A DNA stretch of 27,096 nucleotides from a virus (IMGVR_UViG_3300048574_000507:1-27096); one strand, 5' to 3'; counted from the first letter of the stretch, positions 6,451-14,958 are shown. The notes: generated by a model not told the origin, from the sequence alone. A program made the numbers and translations.

Positions 6451-7904
6451 AGCAATCGACGGTCATCAAGGATGCGATTGTCCGGTTTCGGAAATACCAG
6501 AGGCCGATCTTTCTGGACCGTACGAGCGGTATCCTGATTCTGCATTGGTCGCGGCAGATTGGTAAGAGTTTCACGCTGGCGGCCTGGGCGGTGGACCGGT
6601 TGCTCTCGCAGCTGCAAAAGTATGACACCTGGTTGATCACGGTGCTGAGCAACTCGCGGGACAACGGGGCGGAGTTCAATCTGAAGTGCGCGGAGATCTG
6701 CACGAAGATGGGCGTGGCGATGCACAACTCGGATCTCTCCGAGGATCTGACTTACGAGAATATGCGGATGGAATGCCGCATCACGCTGAAGGTGGGCAAT
6801 CGGGAGCGGATCGGGCGCATCAAGGTTTTGGCGGCCAACCCTCGCACGGCGCGCGGGTTCTCGGGCGATTTAATCCTGGATGAAATGGCGTTTCACGAGG
6901 ACAGCAACGCGATTTGGGAAGCCGCGGAGCCGATCCTTTCTTCGAATCCAGAGTTCCTCTGCCGGATCAGCAGCACGGGGAACGGCAAGCATAACATGTT
7001 TTACCGGATGTGCGCCGGGGTCGGTCCGGATGACGGCACGCCGTTTCTTTCTTCGGCTGGGTTCCTGGTCTCTCGCGTGACGCGCACCGAGGCTTGGAAG
7101 ATGGGGGTAAAGGTTTACGACCCGAACACGCGCAAGCCGATCACTCCGGATGAAGCGCGCAAGCAGGCGATGGACAAGCGCGCGTATGACCAGAATTACG
7201 AGTGCCGGTTCAATGACGAGAACATGGCCCTCCTGACGCATGAACTGATTAGCGCGGCGGAACGGGACCTGGTGCCAGTGGATGATCAGCGATGGAGTGA
7301 GGCGAGTATCCAACGAATGTTCCGGGCTGCTGGTGATCTGTACGTGGGCAACGACATCGGGCGGACTCGCGATCTCTCAGTCGTGACCGTGCTGGAGAAA
7401 GACGGGCAGATGAAGCGCGTGGTCGGGATGCTGCGGATGGCGGGTATGCGCCTCCCTGCGCAGCAAGCGCAAATCGAAATCGTGTGCCGGCTGCCGAAGT
7501 TCCGGGGTTACGAGGGGGACATGACGGGCATCGGCCTCGGCCTGGTGGAGTATCTCCAGGAGGCGATGGGTGACCACCTGGTGCGCGGGGTGAATTTCTC
7601 AAGCACCGAACCGATGACGCAGCGGATCCGCTCGGATGGTCGCAAGGGTGAGACGGCCAGAGTGACGGAGATCATGGCGACGGAGATGCTGGCGTGCTTT
7701 GAGGAGCGGTCGGTGGAGATCCCAATGGACCAGGAGTTGCGCGCGGATCTGTGCAAGCCGGAGAAGCTGACTTCACCAGGCGGGCGGGTGTCGATCGCGG
7801 CGACCAGGGATGAAGCGGGGCACGCGGATCATTTCTGGAGTGTGGCGCTGGCGATCCGGGCGGCAAGCCGGAGGGTGTCGGATTTTTGGAGTGCGCTGGT
7901 ATGA
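6447..7904 (+). CDS. terL: Terminase large subunit (Mu gp28-like)
   Basis: Walker A SRQIGKS, Walker B LILDE, coupling motif ISSTGNG, nuclease motifs GNDIGRTRD, DMTGIG and HADHFW. Confidence 0.95.
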   Translation: MKQSTVIKDAIVRFRKYQRPIFLDRTSGILILHWSRQIGKSFTLAAWAVDRLLSQLQKYDTWLITVLSNSRDNGAEFNLKCAEICTKMGVAMHNSDLSEDLTYENMRMECRITLKVGNRERIGRIKVLAANPRTARGFSGDLILDEMAFHEDSNAIWEAAEPILSSNPEFLCRISSTGNGKHNMFYRMCAGVGPDDGTPFLSSAGFLVSRVTRTEAWKMGVKVYDPNTRKPITPDEARKQAMDKRAYDQNYECRFNDENMALLTHELISAAERDLVPVDDQRWSEASIQRMFRAAGDLYVGNDIGRTRDLSVVTVLEKDGQMKRVVGMLRMAGMRLPAQQAQIEIVCRLPKFRGYEGDMTGIGLGLVEYLQEAMGDHLVRGVNFSSTEPMTQRIRSDGRKGETARVTEIMATEMLACFEERSVEIPMDQELRADLCKPEKLTSPGGRVSIAATRDEAGHADHFWSVALAIRAASRRVSDFWSALV

Positions 7905-8095
7905 GTGGCAAAATTATGGGAAGGCAAAATCATACTGAGAATTGCAAGACTGAGCCAAGTGCCTGCGTGCCCCTAGGACCGTTTTCGGGGTATCGACGTA
8001 GCCAAAATGAGCTTGCGGGGGTCTCCGGTCAATTTAATGGGGGTTTAATGGCCTTGTGGCGAGGGGTCTTACTGGGCAATGGGGGTGCCAATTGA
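7901..8095 (+). CDS. Possible small ORF or regulatory spacer between terminase and portal
   Basis: ATGA overlap with terL and TTGA overlap with the portal start. Contains repeated TTTAATGG (8033, 8044). Protein-likeness is weak. Confidence 0.3.
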   Translation: MSGKIMGRQNHTENCKTEPSACVPLGPFSGYRRSQNELAGVSGQFNGGLMALWRGVLLGNGGAN

Positions 8096-10470
8096 GCAAT
8101 GGGTGGAAATCTTTTGGGCAGAGGTTGATGGCCAGGGTGACTGGGAAGGCGCCGGGCGGGGCGGCCGGGTTTGCTTTTGCCTCTGGCTTGGACATGGTCT
8201 CGGCACCGGATCGGTTGACGGATCCATACCGGAAGTCGGCATGGGTGCGGAGCGCGATCGACAAGATTTCTGGGCCGATCTCGGCGGTGTGCGTGGATTT
8301 CTACGCGGCGGATGCAGGCTATATGGGCGTGGGCAAAGGGGCCAAGAAGTCCAGGTCCAGGGCTAAGGCACGCAAGTATCTTACGGAGCGGGGGCGCCGG
8401 GCGGTGGATGAGGATGAGGCGCTGGAGTTGCCGGTCATGCAACAGTTGCTGCGGTCGCCGATGAAGGGGCTCGGCTATACGGATTTTGTCGAGGCGACCA
8501 TTGGTTGGTTGCGGATGGCGGGGGAATCGTTCTGGCTGCTGCCGGATTCTACCTTGCTGCCGTATGCGTCTGGCGGTCCGATGCAGATCATCGTGGCCCG
8601 GCCGGATCGGATGCGGCATGTGGTCCAGAATGAGGAGCTGCTCGGGTGGGAGTTCACGGATGGCAAGGGTCGTCGGCATTTGCTCCTGCCTGACCAGGTG
8701 ATCCAGCTCAAACAGTGGAATCCCTACGACGCCTGGCGCGGTCTGGGTCAGTTCGAGGCGGCGGAGCTGGCGGCTGAAGCGGACTGGTTGGCGGGGCGGT
8801 TCGCCCGGAACCTCATGGCGAACAACGGGGACACTGGGCCGTACATCGTGGCCAAAAACGGAATCCCAAGCGATGGGCAGCGGGAGCAGATCCTGGCGGA
8901 TCTCCGGGCCAAGCGGGCAGCGCAGTTGCGTGGGCAGTTCAAGCCGATCTTCATGACGGGGGATATCACGGTCGAAGATCCACAGGTGCGCAGCGTGGAC
9001 GCGGCTTATGTGCTGGGCCGGATTGAGAATCGCCATGAGGTTTACATCGCGATGGGGGTGCCGCCATCGATGGCGGATGTGAAGGCGGCGTATTCGATTG
9101 GATCGGCCTCGGATTTTTACCAGCTCATCCTTAATACCTGCGTGCCCGCGGGCGGAAAGTTCTGCGATGGGCTGGAGCAGCTCGCGCTGAAGCTGACGAA
9201 GCAGAGCGTATGCGCGTTTTTGAATTGGGATGAACACCCCGTGTTCCAGGAGGTGCGCAAGGAACGGCTGGCATCTGTGGATACGCTGTGGTCAAAGGGC
9301 ATGCCGGTGTGTGAGATCTCAGAGTATCTCGGGCTGGGGTTGCCGCAGTTCCCCGGTGATGACGTGGGGTATCTGCCGTTTGGGGCGGTGCCGGTCGATG
9401 GGGCCATGCCTGGGAATGGGAATGATGGGACGAATGGGACGAATGATCCCGCGGTTGACCCGGCGCTGGGGGAAGAGGCGGACGTCGTTGTCGAGGCGCT
9501 GCGGGCTTTGCGAGGGCCGCTGTCGACAGGCGTTGACCGATTTCCCGCGAGGGGTCAGTGCTCGCTTTCTGTAGACGACACAGAAAGTCGAGAACTGACC
9601 CCATCGCTCGGTTGCTGCGGCTGCTCGATTGAGGAGCGGGATTTGGATGTGGATGGGCGGGACGCGAAGGAGTTGGCTCAGTGGCGGGAGTTGATCGCGA
9701 AGCGGTTGCCGACGATCAAGAAGTTCCGCAGTCATTTTGACCAGGTGCTGATGAAGGCGCGGCGCCAGGTGCTGGCGAAGTTGGAAGCCAAGAAATCAGG
9801 GACGGGGTGGAACCCATCCCTACCTGTTGATCGGGCTGCTGCTGCCGACTTCCTTTTTAACCTGGCGAATTTTGCGGCGGAGTTTCGGACGGCGATGCGC
9901 GGGGTGTCGCTGCAGGCGGTGATCGATTCGGGCAACCAACTATATAAGGAGGTTGGCCGGGATGATCCGTGGAAGGCGCCTTCGCTCGACACAATGCGGT
10001 TCATCGAGGAGCGGGAGAACAAACTCTCGAATGTGCCCAATGAAGTTTTCGGCCGGGTGCGCGATTCGATTGCCGAACAGATCGAGCTGGGCGGATCCAT
10101 GACGGACATTGAAAGGGCCGTTAAAGCGGAGTTCAACGCCATTTCAGATAAGCGCGGCAAGACGATTGCACAGACGGAAACCGGGGCGGCGATGGGGTTT
10201 GGCCGCCACAAGGCGATGGTCTCGGCCGGGATCCAATGGAAGCGATGGCTGGTGTCGGGTAACTCGAATGTGCGCGCGGCTCACAAAATGATGAACGGAA
10301 CCATCGTCCCCATCGACCAGAAGTTTTTGGTGATCGACCCCAAAACGGGGGCGAGTGACGAGGTGATGCATCCGGGGGATGCGAGCGGGGCGGCCTGGAA
10401 CGTGATCAACTGCCACTGCATTGAGGTGAGCAGCATGACGGGACCAGAGGGAACGGCGGAGGGAACCTAG
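8092..10470 (+). CDS. HK97-family portal protein fused to a Mu gpF/SPP1 gp7-like minor head domain
   Basis: Portal motifs GESFW, RPDRM, WNPYDAWRGL and MGVPPSM. C-terminal RGKTIAQTE, KRWLVSG..VRAAH and HPGD...VINCHC. TTG 8092 with G-rich SD (start uncertain). Confidence 0.9.
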   Translation: MSNGWKSFGQRLMARVTGKAPGGAAGFAFASGLDMVSAPDRLTDPYRKSAWVRSAIDKISGPISAVCVDFYAADAGYMGVGKGAKKSRSRAKARKYLTERGRRAVDEDEALELPVMQQLLRSPMKGLGYTDFVEATIGWLRMAGESFWLLPDSTLLPYASGGPMQIIVARPDRMRHVVQNEELLGWEFTDGKGRRHLLLPDQVIQLKQWNPYDAWRGLGQFEAAELAAEADWLAGRFARNLMANNGDTGPYIVAKNGIPSDGQREQILADLRAKRAAQLRGQFKPIFMTGDITVEDPQVRSVDAAYVLGRIENRHEVYIAMGVPPSMADVKAAYSIGSASDFYQLILNTCVPAGGKFCDGLEQLALKLTKQSVCAFLNWDEHPVFQEVRKERLASVDTLWSKGMPVCEISEYLGLGLPQFPGDDVGYLPFGAVPVDGAMPGNGNDGTNGTNDPAVDPALGEEADVVVEALRALRGPLSTGVDRFPARGQCSLSVDDTESRELTPSLGCCGCSIEERDLDVDGRDAKELAQWRELIAKRLPTIKKFRSHFDQVLMKARRQVLAKLEAKKSGTGWNPSLPVDRAAAADFLFNLANFAAEFRTAMRGVSLQAVIDSGNQLYKEVGRDDPWKAPSLDTMRFIEERENKLSNVPNEVFGRVRDSIAEQIELGGSMTDIERAVKAEFNAISDKRGKTIAQTETGAAMGFGRHKAMVSAGIQWKRWLVSGNSNVRAAHKMMNGTIVPIDQKFLVIDPKTGASDEVMHPGDASGAAWNVINCHCIEVSSMTGPEGTAEGT
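9412..9447 (+). repeat. In-frame 9-nt-period repeat encoding GNGNDGTNGTND
   Basis: gggaatgggaatgatgggacgaatgggacgaatgat. Confidence 0.6.
9542..9611 (+). repeat. 70-nt palindromic element, copy 1 (inside portal CDS)
   Basis: 57/70 identical to 16708-16777. Long imperfect hairpin GGGGTCAGTGCTC...GAGAACTGACCCC. Confidence 0.9.
9793..9825 (+). repeat. 33-nt GTAG-type REP-like palindrome, copy 1 (inside portal CDS)
   Basis: 32/33 identical to 12767-12799. Stem AGGGACGGG/CCC(A)TCCCT; reads GTAGGG on the minus strand. Confidence 0.9.
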
Positions 10471-10500
10471 TTTTACAGAAGGCAACAAAGGAAACGAAGT
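10471..10500 (+). repeat. Purine-rich spacer repeat (ACAGAAGGCAACAAAGGAAACGAAG)
   Basis: Similar to 15708-15736 (AACAGAAGCAAACGGAGTTAACGAAG). Both begin at the upstream stop codon. Confidence 0.55.
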
Positions 10501-11223
10501 ATGAAAATGGTGCGCAGAACAATTTATCCGGTGGCCAGGGTGGTGGATGCGAAGGCGGGCCTGGTCGAGTACGTGGCGAGTGACGAGACGGTGGATTCGT
10601 ATCGGGAGGTGATCCGCGTGAATGGCTGGCGGTTCGATATGTTCCGCCGCAATGCGCCGTTCGTGGATTCGCACAATTACGATTCGCTGGATTGCATGCT
10701 GGGGTCGGTGGTGGATTTCAAGGTCGATAAGGTGGGCGGCAAGCCCGCGCTGGTCGAGACGGTGAAGTGGGCCATCGACGTGCCGGAGAACAAGCTCGCG
10801 CAACTGGGTTTCAAGATGACGGAGGCCGGGTATCTCAAAGCCGTGAGCGTGGGGTTCTGGCCGGTGCGGGCGGTGAGCAAGTGGGACGCTGACCAGGCGG
10901 CGTACCAACAGCAGTTGCTGGAGCTGGGCCTCGGAGGTGAGCGTGCGCCGCGCGCGGTTTACCTGGAGCAACAGCAGGTGGAGTTGAGCGCATGCATCAT
11001 CGGGGCGAATCCCAATGCCCTGGCAAAAGCATACAAGGCGGGTCTCGCGAGTGAGGAGGATCTGAATTTCCTCGAAGCGGAGGCGCAAAAGAATTTGTCG
11101 TTGGAAAAGTCCGAGTTCGAAACTGCCGGTCCGGCTGCAGTCCCTGCAGATGCCGGCCTGGCTGAGCTGCAGGCGAAGTTGGGACTCCTGGCGACGGTAG
11201 TGCGGATAGCCAATAGCCAATAG
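10501..11223 (+). CDS. HK97-type prohead maturation protease
   Basis: ASDETVDSYREVI, PFVDSH, GYLKAVSVGF, ELSACIIGANPNAL. Confidence 0.9.
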   Translation: MKMVRRTIYPVARVVDAKAGLVEYVASDETVDSYREVIRVNGWRFDMFRRNAPFVDSHNYDSLDCMLGSVVDFKVDKVGGKPALVETVKWAIDVPENKLAQLGFKMTEAGYLKAVSVGFWPVRAVSKWDADQAAYQQQLLELGLGGERAPRAVYLEQQQVELSACIIGANPNALAKAYKAGLASEEDLNFLEAEAQKNLSLEKSEFETAGPAAVPADAGLAELQAKLGLLATVVRIANSQ

Positions 11224-11233
11224 CAAAACGCTA
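11206..11233 (+). repeat. Heptamer tandem ATAGCCA ATAGCCA ATAGCAA AACGCTA supplying the protease stop codon
   Basis: Directly visible. Shares GCGGATAGC with 3591-3599. Confidence 0.7.
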
Positions 11234-11279
11234 AAGGATTGGCCGTGGATTGAACCCACGATTGGACGGAGTTTGATAT

Positions 11280-12761
11280 ATGAAAAATCGGAAAAAACTG
11301 AATCGACGGAATGGCCGCATCGCAACCATTGGTTGGGTGTTGCTGGCATTGGTGGCGGTGTGTGTGCTGCCGGTATTGATTGCGGCCGCATTGGCAGCGC
11401 CGAAGAGCGCGGCTTTGGTGGCGACGTTTGGCCTGCTGCCCACACACATCCTGCGGGACGCATCCAGTGAGGGCGGCGGCGGTGTCGCCGGCGTGATGGA
11501 GAAAACCGCGAAGGCATTGGAATCGCTCGACGGCCGGCTGAAAGGTCTCGATAGCAAAGTGGCCGAGCTGGAAAAGAAGGGCGGCGATCCGGCGCTGAAG
11601 ACGGACATCGAGGGTCTGAAGACCAACGTGAATGAAATCAAGTCGGGCTTGGACGCGATCAAGAAGAACCGGCTGGAGAGCCGCATGCGCCCGGCAGTAT
11701 TGCGGGTGGGCGGGGCTGAGTCTCGCGGGTATGTGAGTGAGGAATGTGCGCGGGAGATTGCAGCGCATTTCATTTGTCACTGCGCTGCGAGCGGCAAACT
11801 GGAGGCGCTGTCGGCTAATTCGTCCACGCGGGATTCGTTGCTGGGTGAGGCTCGCGCCTCCCTGGGCATCACGGGCAAGGCCGCGCTCACGACTACGGAG
11901 ATTCCGCTGCCAGTAGTATATGGCGGTGAGATCAAGGAGTTGATCAGCCAGTTCGGGGTGATCCGTCGCAAGATGTCGCCCTACCCGATTGGCATGGGGA
12001 CGGCCCGGCCGGCACGGATGGGAACGCGTCCGGCGTTTGGCAGCATCGCGATGTCTGGCGCATTTGATGAGAAGGCGCCGACGATCACGTTCGCATCGCT
12101 GGAGTCGCACAAGCTCGGTGGTTTGGTGCGGTTGCCACGGGAGATCGACGAGCAGAGCATCGTGCCGATGGGCCAGTTCCTGGCGCGGTATGGCGCGGTG
12201 GAGTTTGCACGGGCCGAGGATCTCTGGGGATTCCTGGCGGATGGCACGGCCACTTATGAGTCGGTGAAGGGTGTGGCCGCAATTGCTGCGGATAACAACA
12301 AGGTGTTGTCGCTGGCAGCCGGCAAGACCAAGCCGAGCGATGCGACGCTGGAAGATTTCCGCGCGTTGCGCCGCCTGGTGAACAAGGCCGCGCTGAGCGG
12401 CGGTCTCTCCGCGTATTACCTGGATACGACCTGGGAGACTTCCCTGGCCCGATTCAAGACGCAGCAAGAGCCGCTGGTCTATCAACGGTTGCCGGATGGC
12501 AGTGCAACTCTCGATGGTTATCCCATCGTGTGGACGGATGTGCTGGAGCCTTATGGCACGGCAGCGGCCGCCAGCAAGTATCTGGCGGTGTTCGGCGCGC
12601 TCTCGTTCTGGTGGATGGGCGAGCATGGCAGCCCTCGGATCGATACGAGCGAGCATGTGTTCTTCGCGAATGATCAGCTGGCCACGCGGTTCATCGAGGA
12701 GATCGACTTTGATTACGCGGCTGCGGATGCGGTTGCGGTGATGAAGACGCCGGCGGCATAA
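11280..12761 (+). CDS. Major capsid protein (HK97 fold) with hydrophobic N-terminal leader and coiled-coil delta-like domain
   Basis: Follows the protease. Motifs KLGGLVRLPREIDEQS, FARAED, TLDGYPIVWTDVL and HVFFANDQLATRFIEEID. GGAG SD 8 nt before ATG 11280. Confidence 0.9.
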   Translation: MKNRKKLNRRNGRIATIGWVLLALVAVCVLPVLIAAALAAPKSAALVATFGLLPTHILRDASSEGGGGVAGVMEKTAKALESLDGRLKGLDSKVAELEKKGGDPALKTDIEGLKTNVNEIKSGLDAIKKNRLESRMRPAVLRVGGAESRGYVSEECAREIAAHFICHCAASGKLEALSANSSTRDSLLGEARASLGITGKAALTTTEIPLPVVYGGEIKELISQFGVIRRKMSPYPIGMGTARPARMGTRPAFGSIAMSGAFDEKAPTITFASLESHKLGGLVRLPREIDEQSIVPMGQFLARYGAVEFARAEDLWGFLADGTATYESVKGVAAIAADNNKVLSLAAGKTKPSDATLEDFRALRRLVNKAALSGGLSAYYLDTTWETSLARFKTQQEPLVYQRLPDGSATLDGYPIVWTDVLEPYGTAAAASKYLAVFGALSFWWMGEHGSPRIDTSEHVFFANDQLATRFIEEIDFDYAAADAVAVMKTPAA

Positions 12762-12766
12762 CGGAT

Positions 12767-12799
12767 AAATCAGGGACGGGGTGGAACCCGTCCCTACCT
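12767..12799 (+). repeat. 33-nt GTAG-type REP-like palindrome, copy 2 (intergenic, after capsid)
   Basis: AAATCAGGGACGGGGTGGAACCCGTCCCTACCT with a perfect 9-bp stem and 6-nt loop. Confidence 0.9.
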
Positions 12800-12817
12800 A
12801 GATTGGAGATTATCAAT

Positions 12818-13393
12818 ATGAAAAATCTAAACAAAATTGGATTGAGCCTGGCGTTGGGGTGCCTGGTGGTTTCGGCGGGGGCGCAGTCGCTGCCGGAGTA
12901 TGTGACGAAGTCGGCGTCCGGATCGACCACCTGTGAGGTGTTCTTCCCGGCGATTCCGGATCGCCAGGTGCGGATTGTCACCGCGATCGCGACGAGCGAT
13001 AAGGCGGCTTCGGTGCTGTCGTTTCGGTCTGGGGCTACGCCTTACTCGGTGAGCGCGGCCACGGCGGCTGGTACCAATGTGGTGATCGCATACACCAACG
13101 GGCTGGCACCTAGCGATGTGATTGCGGGCCAGCAATCCGGGACTAACTGGTCGGCAGTGATTCACTCGTTTCCGCAGAGCACGAATGTGGCTGTCACTAC
13201 CACGATCAATGCGACGACGGTGGGATCGGAGGTCTACAAGATGAGCGCGGCTACGACGATCAAGGTGGCCGCAACTACGGCGGTCTACTCCGGACAGGCG
13301 ATCTACGTGGGGGCGCGGGGGCGTCCGGTGCGCGTGGTCCTGGACGGGACGAGCGCGTGCAGTCTGGATGCAATTTCGGCGCTATACGAGTAG
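12818..13393 (+). CDS. Signal-peptide-bearing beta-rich protein in the head-decoration position
   Basis: MKNLNKIGLSLALGCLVVSAGA|QS. Ala/Thr/Ser/Val-rich. Immediately after the capsid gene, with GGAG SD. Confidence 0.8.
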   Translation: MKNLNKIGLSLALGCLVVSAGAQSLPEYVTKSASGSTTCEVFFPAIPDRQVRIVTAIATSDKAASVLSFRSGATPYSVSAATAAGTNVVIAYTNGLAPSDVIAGQQSGTNWSAVIHSFPQSTNVAVTTTINATTVGSEVYKMSAATTIKVAATTAVYSGQAIYVGARGRPVRVVLDGTSACSLDAISALYE

Positions 13394-13445
13394 CGCCGAT
13401 GCGAGGGGTCGCCCCTGGAGGCGGTTAGGGGTTTCTGCCGCCAGG

Positions 13446-13465
13446 GTGCTCGCCCGCACGGGGCA
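13446..13465 (+). repeat. 20-nt intergenic motif GTGCTCGCCCGCACGGGGCA, copy 1
   Basis: 19/20 identical to 15736-15755. Confidence 0.8.
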
Positions 13466-13501
13466 TCTGACTGATGAAAATTGGATCGACCTAATATCTA
13501 T

Positions 13502-13690
13502 ATGCCGACTGCGAATTTGAGGGAGGTAAAGAAGGCTGCTCATGCTGAAGTGGCCAGGCAAGCACCGGAGCCGCTGAATCGGATTGTGCGGCGCGAGAAT
13601 GTGCGCGAACGGCGAGCGACCAGGCGGGATCTACGGAAGGTGACGGATGAATGGCCGAACCCGAGGTTTCCGCAGCATGTGTGTGACTGA
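13502..13690 (+). CDS. Small basic hypothetical protein
   Basis: Fills the gap between head genes. Arg-rich. Start uncertain. Confidence 0.5.
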   Translation: MPTANLREVKKAAHAEVARQAPEPLNRIVRRENVRERRATRRDLRKVTDEWPNPRFPQHVCD

Positions 13691-13696
13691 ATTTTG

Positions 13697-13724
13697 ACCG
13701 CAGATTACACAGAGAACGCAGATA
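13697..13724 (+). repeat. 9-nt-period intergenic repeat (CCGCAGATT ACACAGAGA ACGCAGATA)
   Basis: Same family as 14362-14389 and 17389-17416. Confidence 0.8.
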
Positions 13725-13728
13725 AAAA

Positions 13729-14361
13729 ATGAACGCGGGTTTGACTAATTTGGACGGGTTGAAGGCGCACTTGCTGGCGGGGACGATGGCGAGTGATACG
13801 CGGTTTGATCCGGTGATCCTGGATATCGGGCGCGCGGTCGCGGGGCTATTCGACGCGGCGACGAACCGCGAGCTGGCGTACCAGGTGGACGCCGAGATTT
13901 TGTTCACTGGGGATCGGTCGCATTACGTGTTGCCGCGTTATCCGGTGGCCTCAATCAAGTCGGTGCAGATGCGCTTCTACGATTCTCAGCCCTGGCAGGA
14001 TATCACAGGGCAACCGCTGCGGACGAATCCGAAGTCGGGCCTGGTGCATTTCGGTGGGGTGCTCGGGACGGAGGCGCTGCAGGTGCGCATGGTATGGACT
14101 GGTGGTTACTGGTTCAACACGAGTGACGGCGAGGATGGGCCTGAGGTGAAGCCGGAGGGTGCCACGGAGCTGCCGATGGATTTGCGGGGCGCGTTCCAGA
14201 TCCAGTGCCGCACGGTGTGGCAGTCGCTGGACAAGCTGGGCACTGACATTTTGAAGACGGGGTCGTCGAGCCAGTTTGTGAGTGGGTCGATTTCGTCACT
14301 GGATCTCGCGCCGATGGTGAAGCAGGTGCTCAACGAGTATGTGCGGTACCAGCTGAGTTGA
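13729..14361 (+). CDS. Head-tail adaptor/connector (gp6-like)
   Basis: LTNLDGLKAHL, LPRYPVASI, VRMVWTGGY, LPMDLRGA, VKQVLNEY pattern and gene position. Confidence 0.8.
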   Translation: MNAGLTNLDGLKAHLLAGTMASDTRFDPVILDIGRAVAGLFDAATNRELAYQVDAEILFTGDRSHYVLPRYPVASIKSVQMRFYDSQPWQDITGQPLRTNPKSGLVHFGGVLGTEALQVRMVWTGGYWFNTSDGEDGPEVKPEGATELPMDLRGAFQIQCRTVWQSLDKLGTDILKTGSSSQFVSGSISSLDLAPMVKQVLNEYVRYQLS

Positions 14362-14389
14362 ACCGCAGATCACGCAAAACACGCAGATA
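14362..14389 (+). repeat. 9-nt-period intergenic repeat (CCGCAGATC ACGCAAAAC ACGCAGATA)
   Basis: Starts directly at the stop codon of the adaptor gene. Confidence 0.8.
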
Positions 14390-14393
14390 AACA

Positions 14394-14954
14394 ATGAGTG
14401 ATGCAATTAAAATCGAGCTGAGCCAGGAGGCGCAAAAGATCATTGCACGCCTCGGCAGCGCGGATCACTTGATGAAGGCCGTGGTCGTTGAGACCAATCT
14501 TCAGAATCAGTTGACGGTGGATGCGATTGCGGAAAGACGGCTGTCGGGCAAAGGGCCGTTTCCGGTGGGGTTGCATCGGTTGGGTGAGCGGACGCACCGG
14601 CTACGGCCGTCACTCCGGAGGGCGGATGCGACGATTAGCGGGAGTGCGGTGGAGAGCTCTATCGGCACCAACGTGGTTTACGCGGGCGTGCATGAGTTTG
14701 GTTTCGATGGTGAGGTGACGGTGAGGCCGCATGCGCGCAAGCGTTTTGAGCGGCAGTCTTTCAACGGACTGGGCAAGCGAGTGGTTCACCGCAAGGTGCG
14801 CAAGGCGGACACATCGGTGGGGGTGTTCAAGCGCAAGATGAATATTCCCGCGCGGGCTCCGATCACAACGGGGGTTGAGGAGCGCCTGCCGATCCTGGGT
14901 GCGGCGTTGAGCCGGGCCATCGTGGATGCGTGGGAGCAGACTTTGCCGCAATGA
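14394..14954 (+). CDS. Virion morphogenesis/tail completion protein (Mu gpG-like)
   Basis: T.RLR.S, IGTNVVYAGVHEFG and MNIPAR motifs. Confidence 0.85.
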   Translation: MSDAIKIELSQEAQKIIARLGSADHLMKAVVVETNLQNQLTVDAIAERRLSGKGPFPVGLHRLGERTHRLRPSLRRADATISGSAVESSIGTNVVYAGVHEFGFDGEVTVRPHARKRFERQSFNGLGKRVVHRKVRKADTSVGVFKRKMNIPARAPITTGVEERLPILGAALSRAIVDAWEQTLPQ

Positions 14955-14958
14955 TTTT

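Noticed and set aside
8025-8055. TTTAATGG direct repeat as a Mu-type activator-dependent late promoter
   Set aside because: Suggestive position, but no clear -10/-35 or dyad, and no activator gene in the window to support it.
9542-9611. 70-nt bulged hairpins as integron attC sites
   Set aside because: They lack the RYYYAAC...GTTRRRY core boxes and no integrase is seen; one copy is inside a CDS.
11295-11320. Twin-arginine (Tat) motif in the capsid leader
   Set aside because: NRRNGRI lacks the hydrophobic F-L positions of S/T-R-R-x-F-L-K; kept only as a basic n-region.
10144-12656. Long minus-strand ORFs (457 aa, 565 aa) and similar ones at 4987-6051, 8029-9237 and 24223-25113
   Set aside because: Antisense shadows of well-supported GC-rich phage genes, with Arg/His/Pro-rich non-globular composition.
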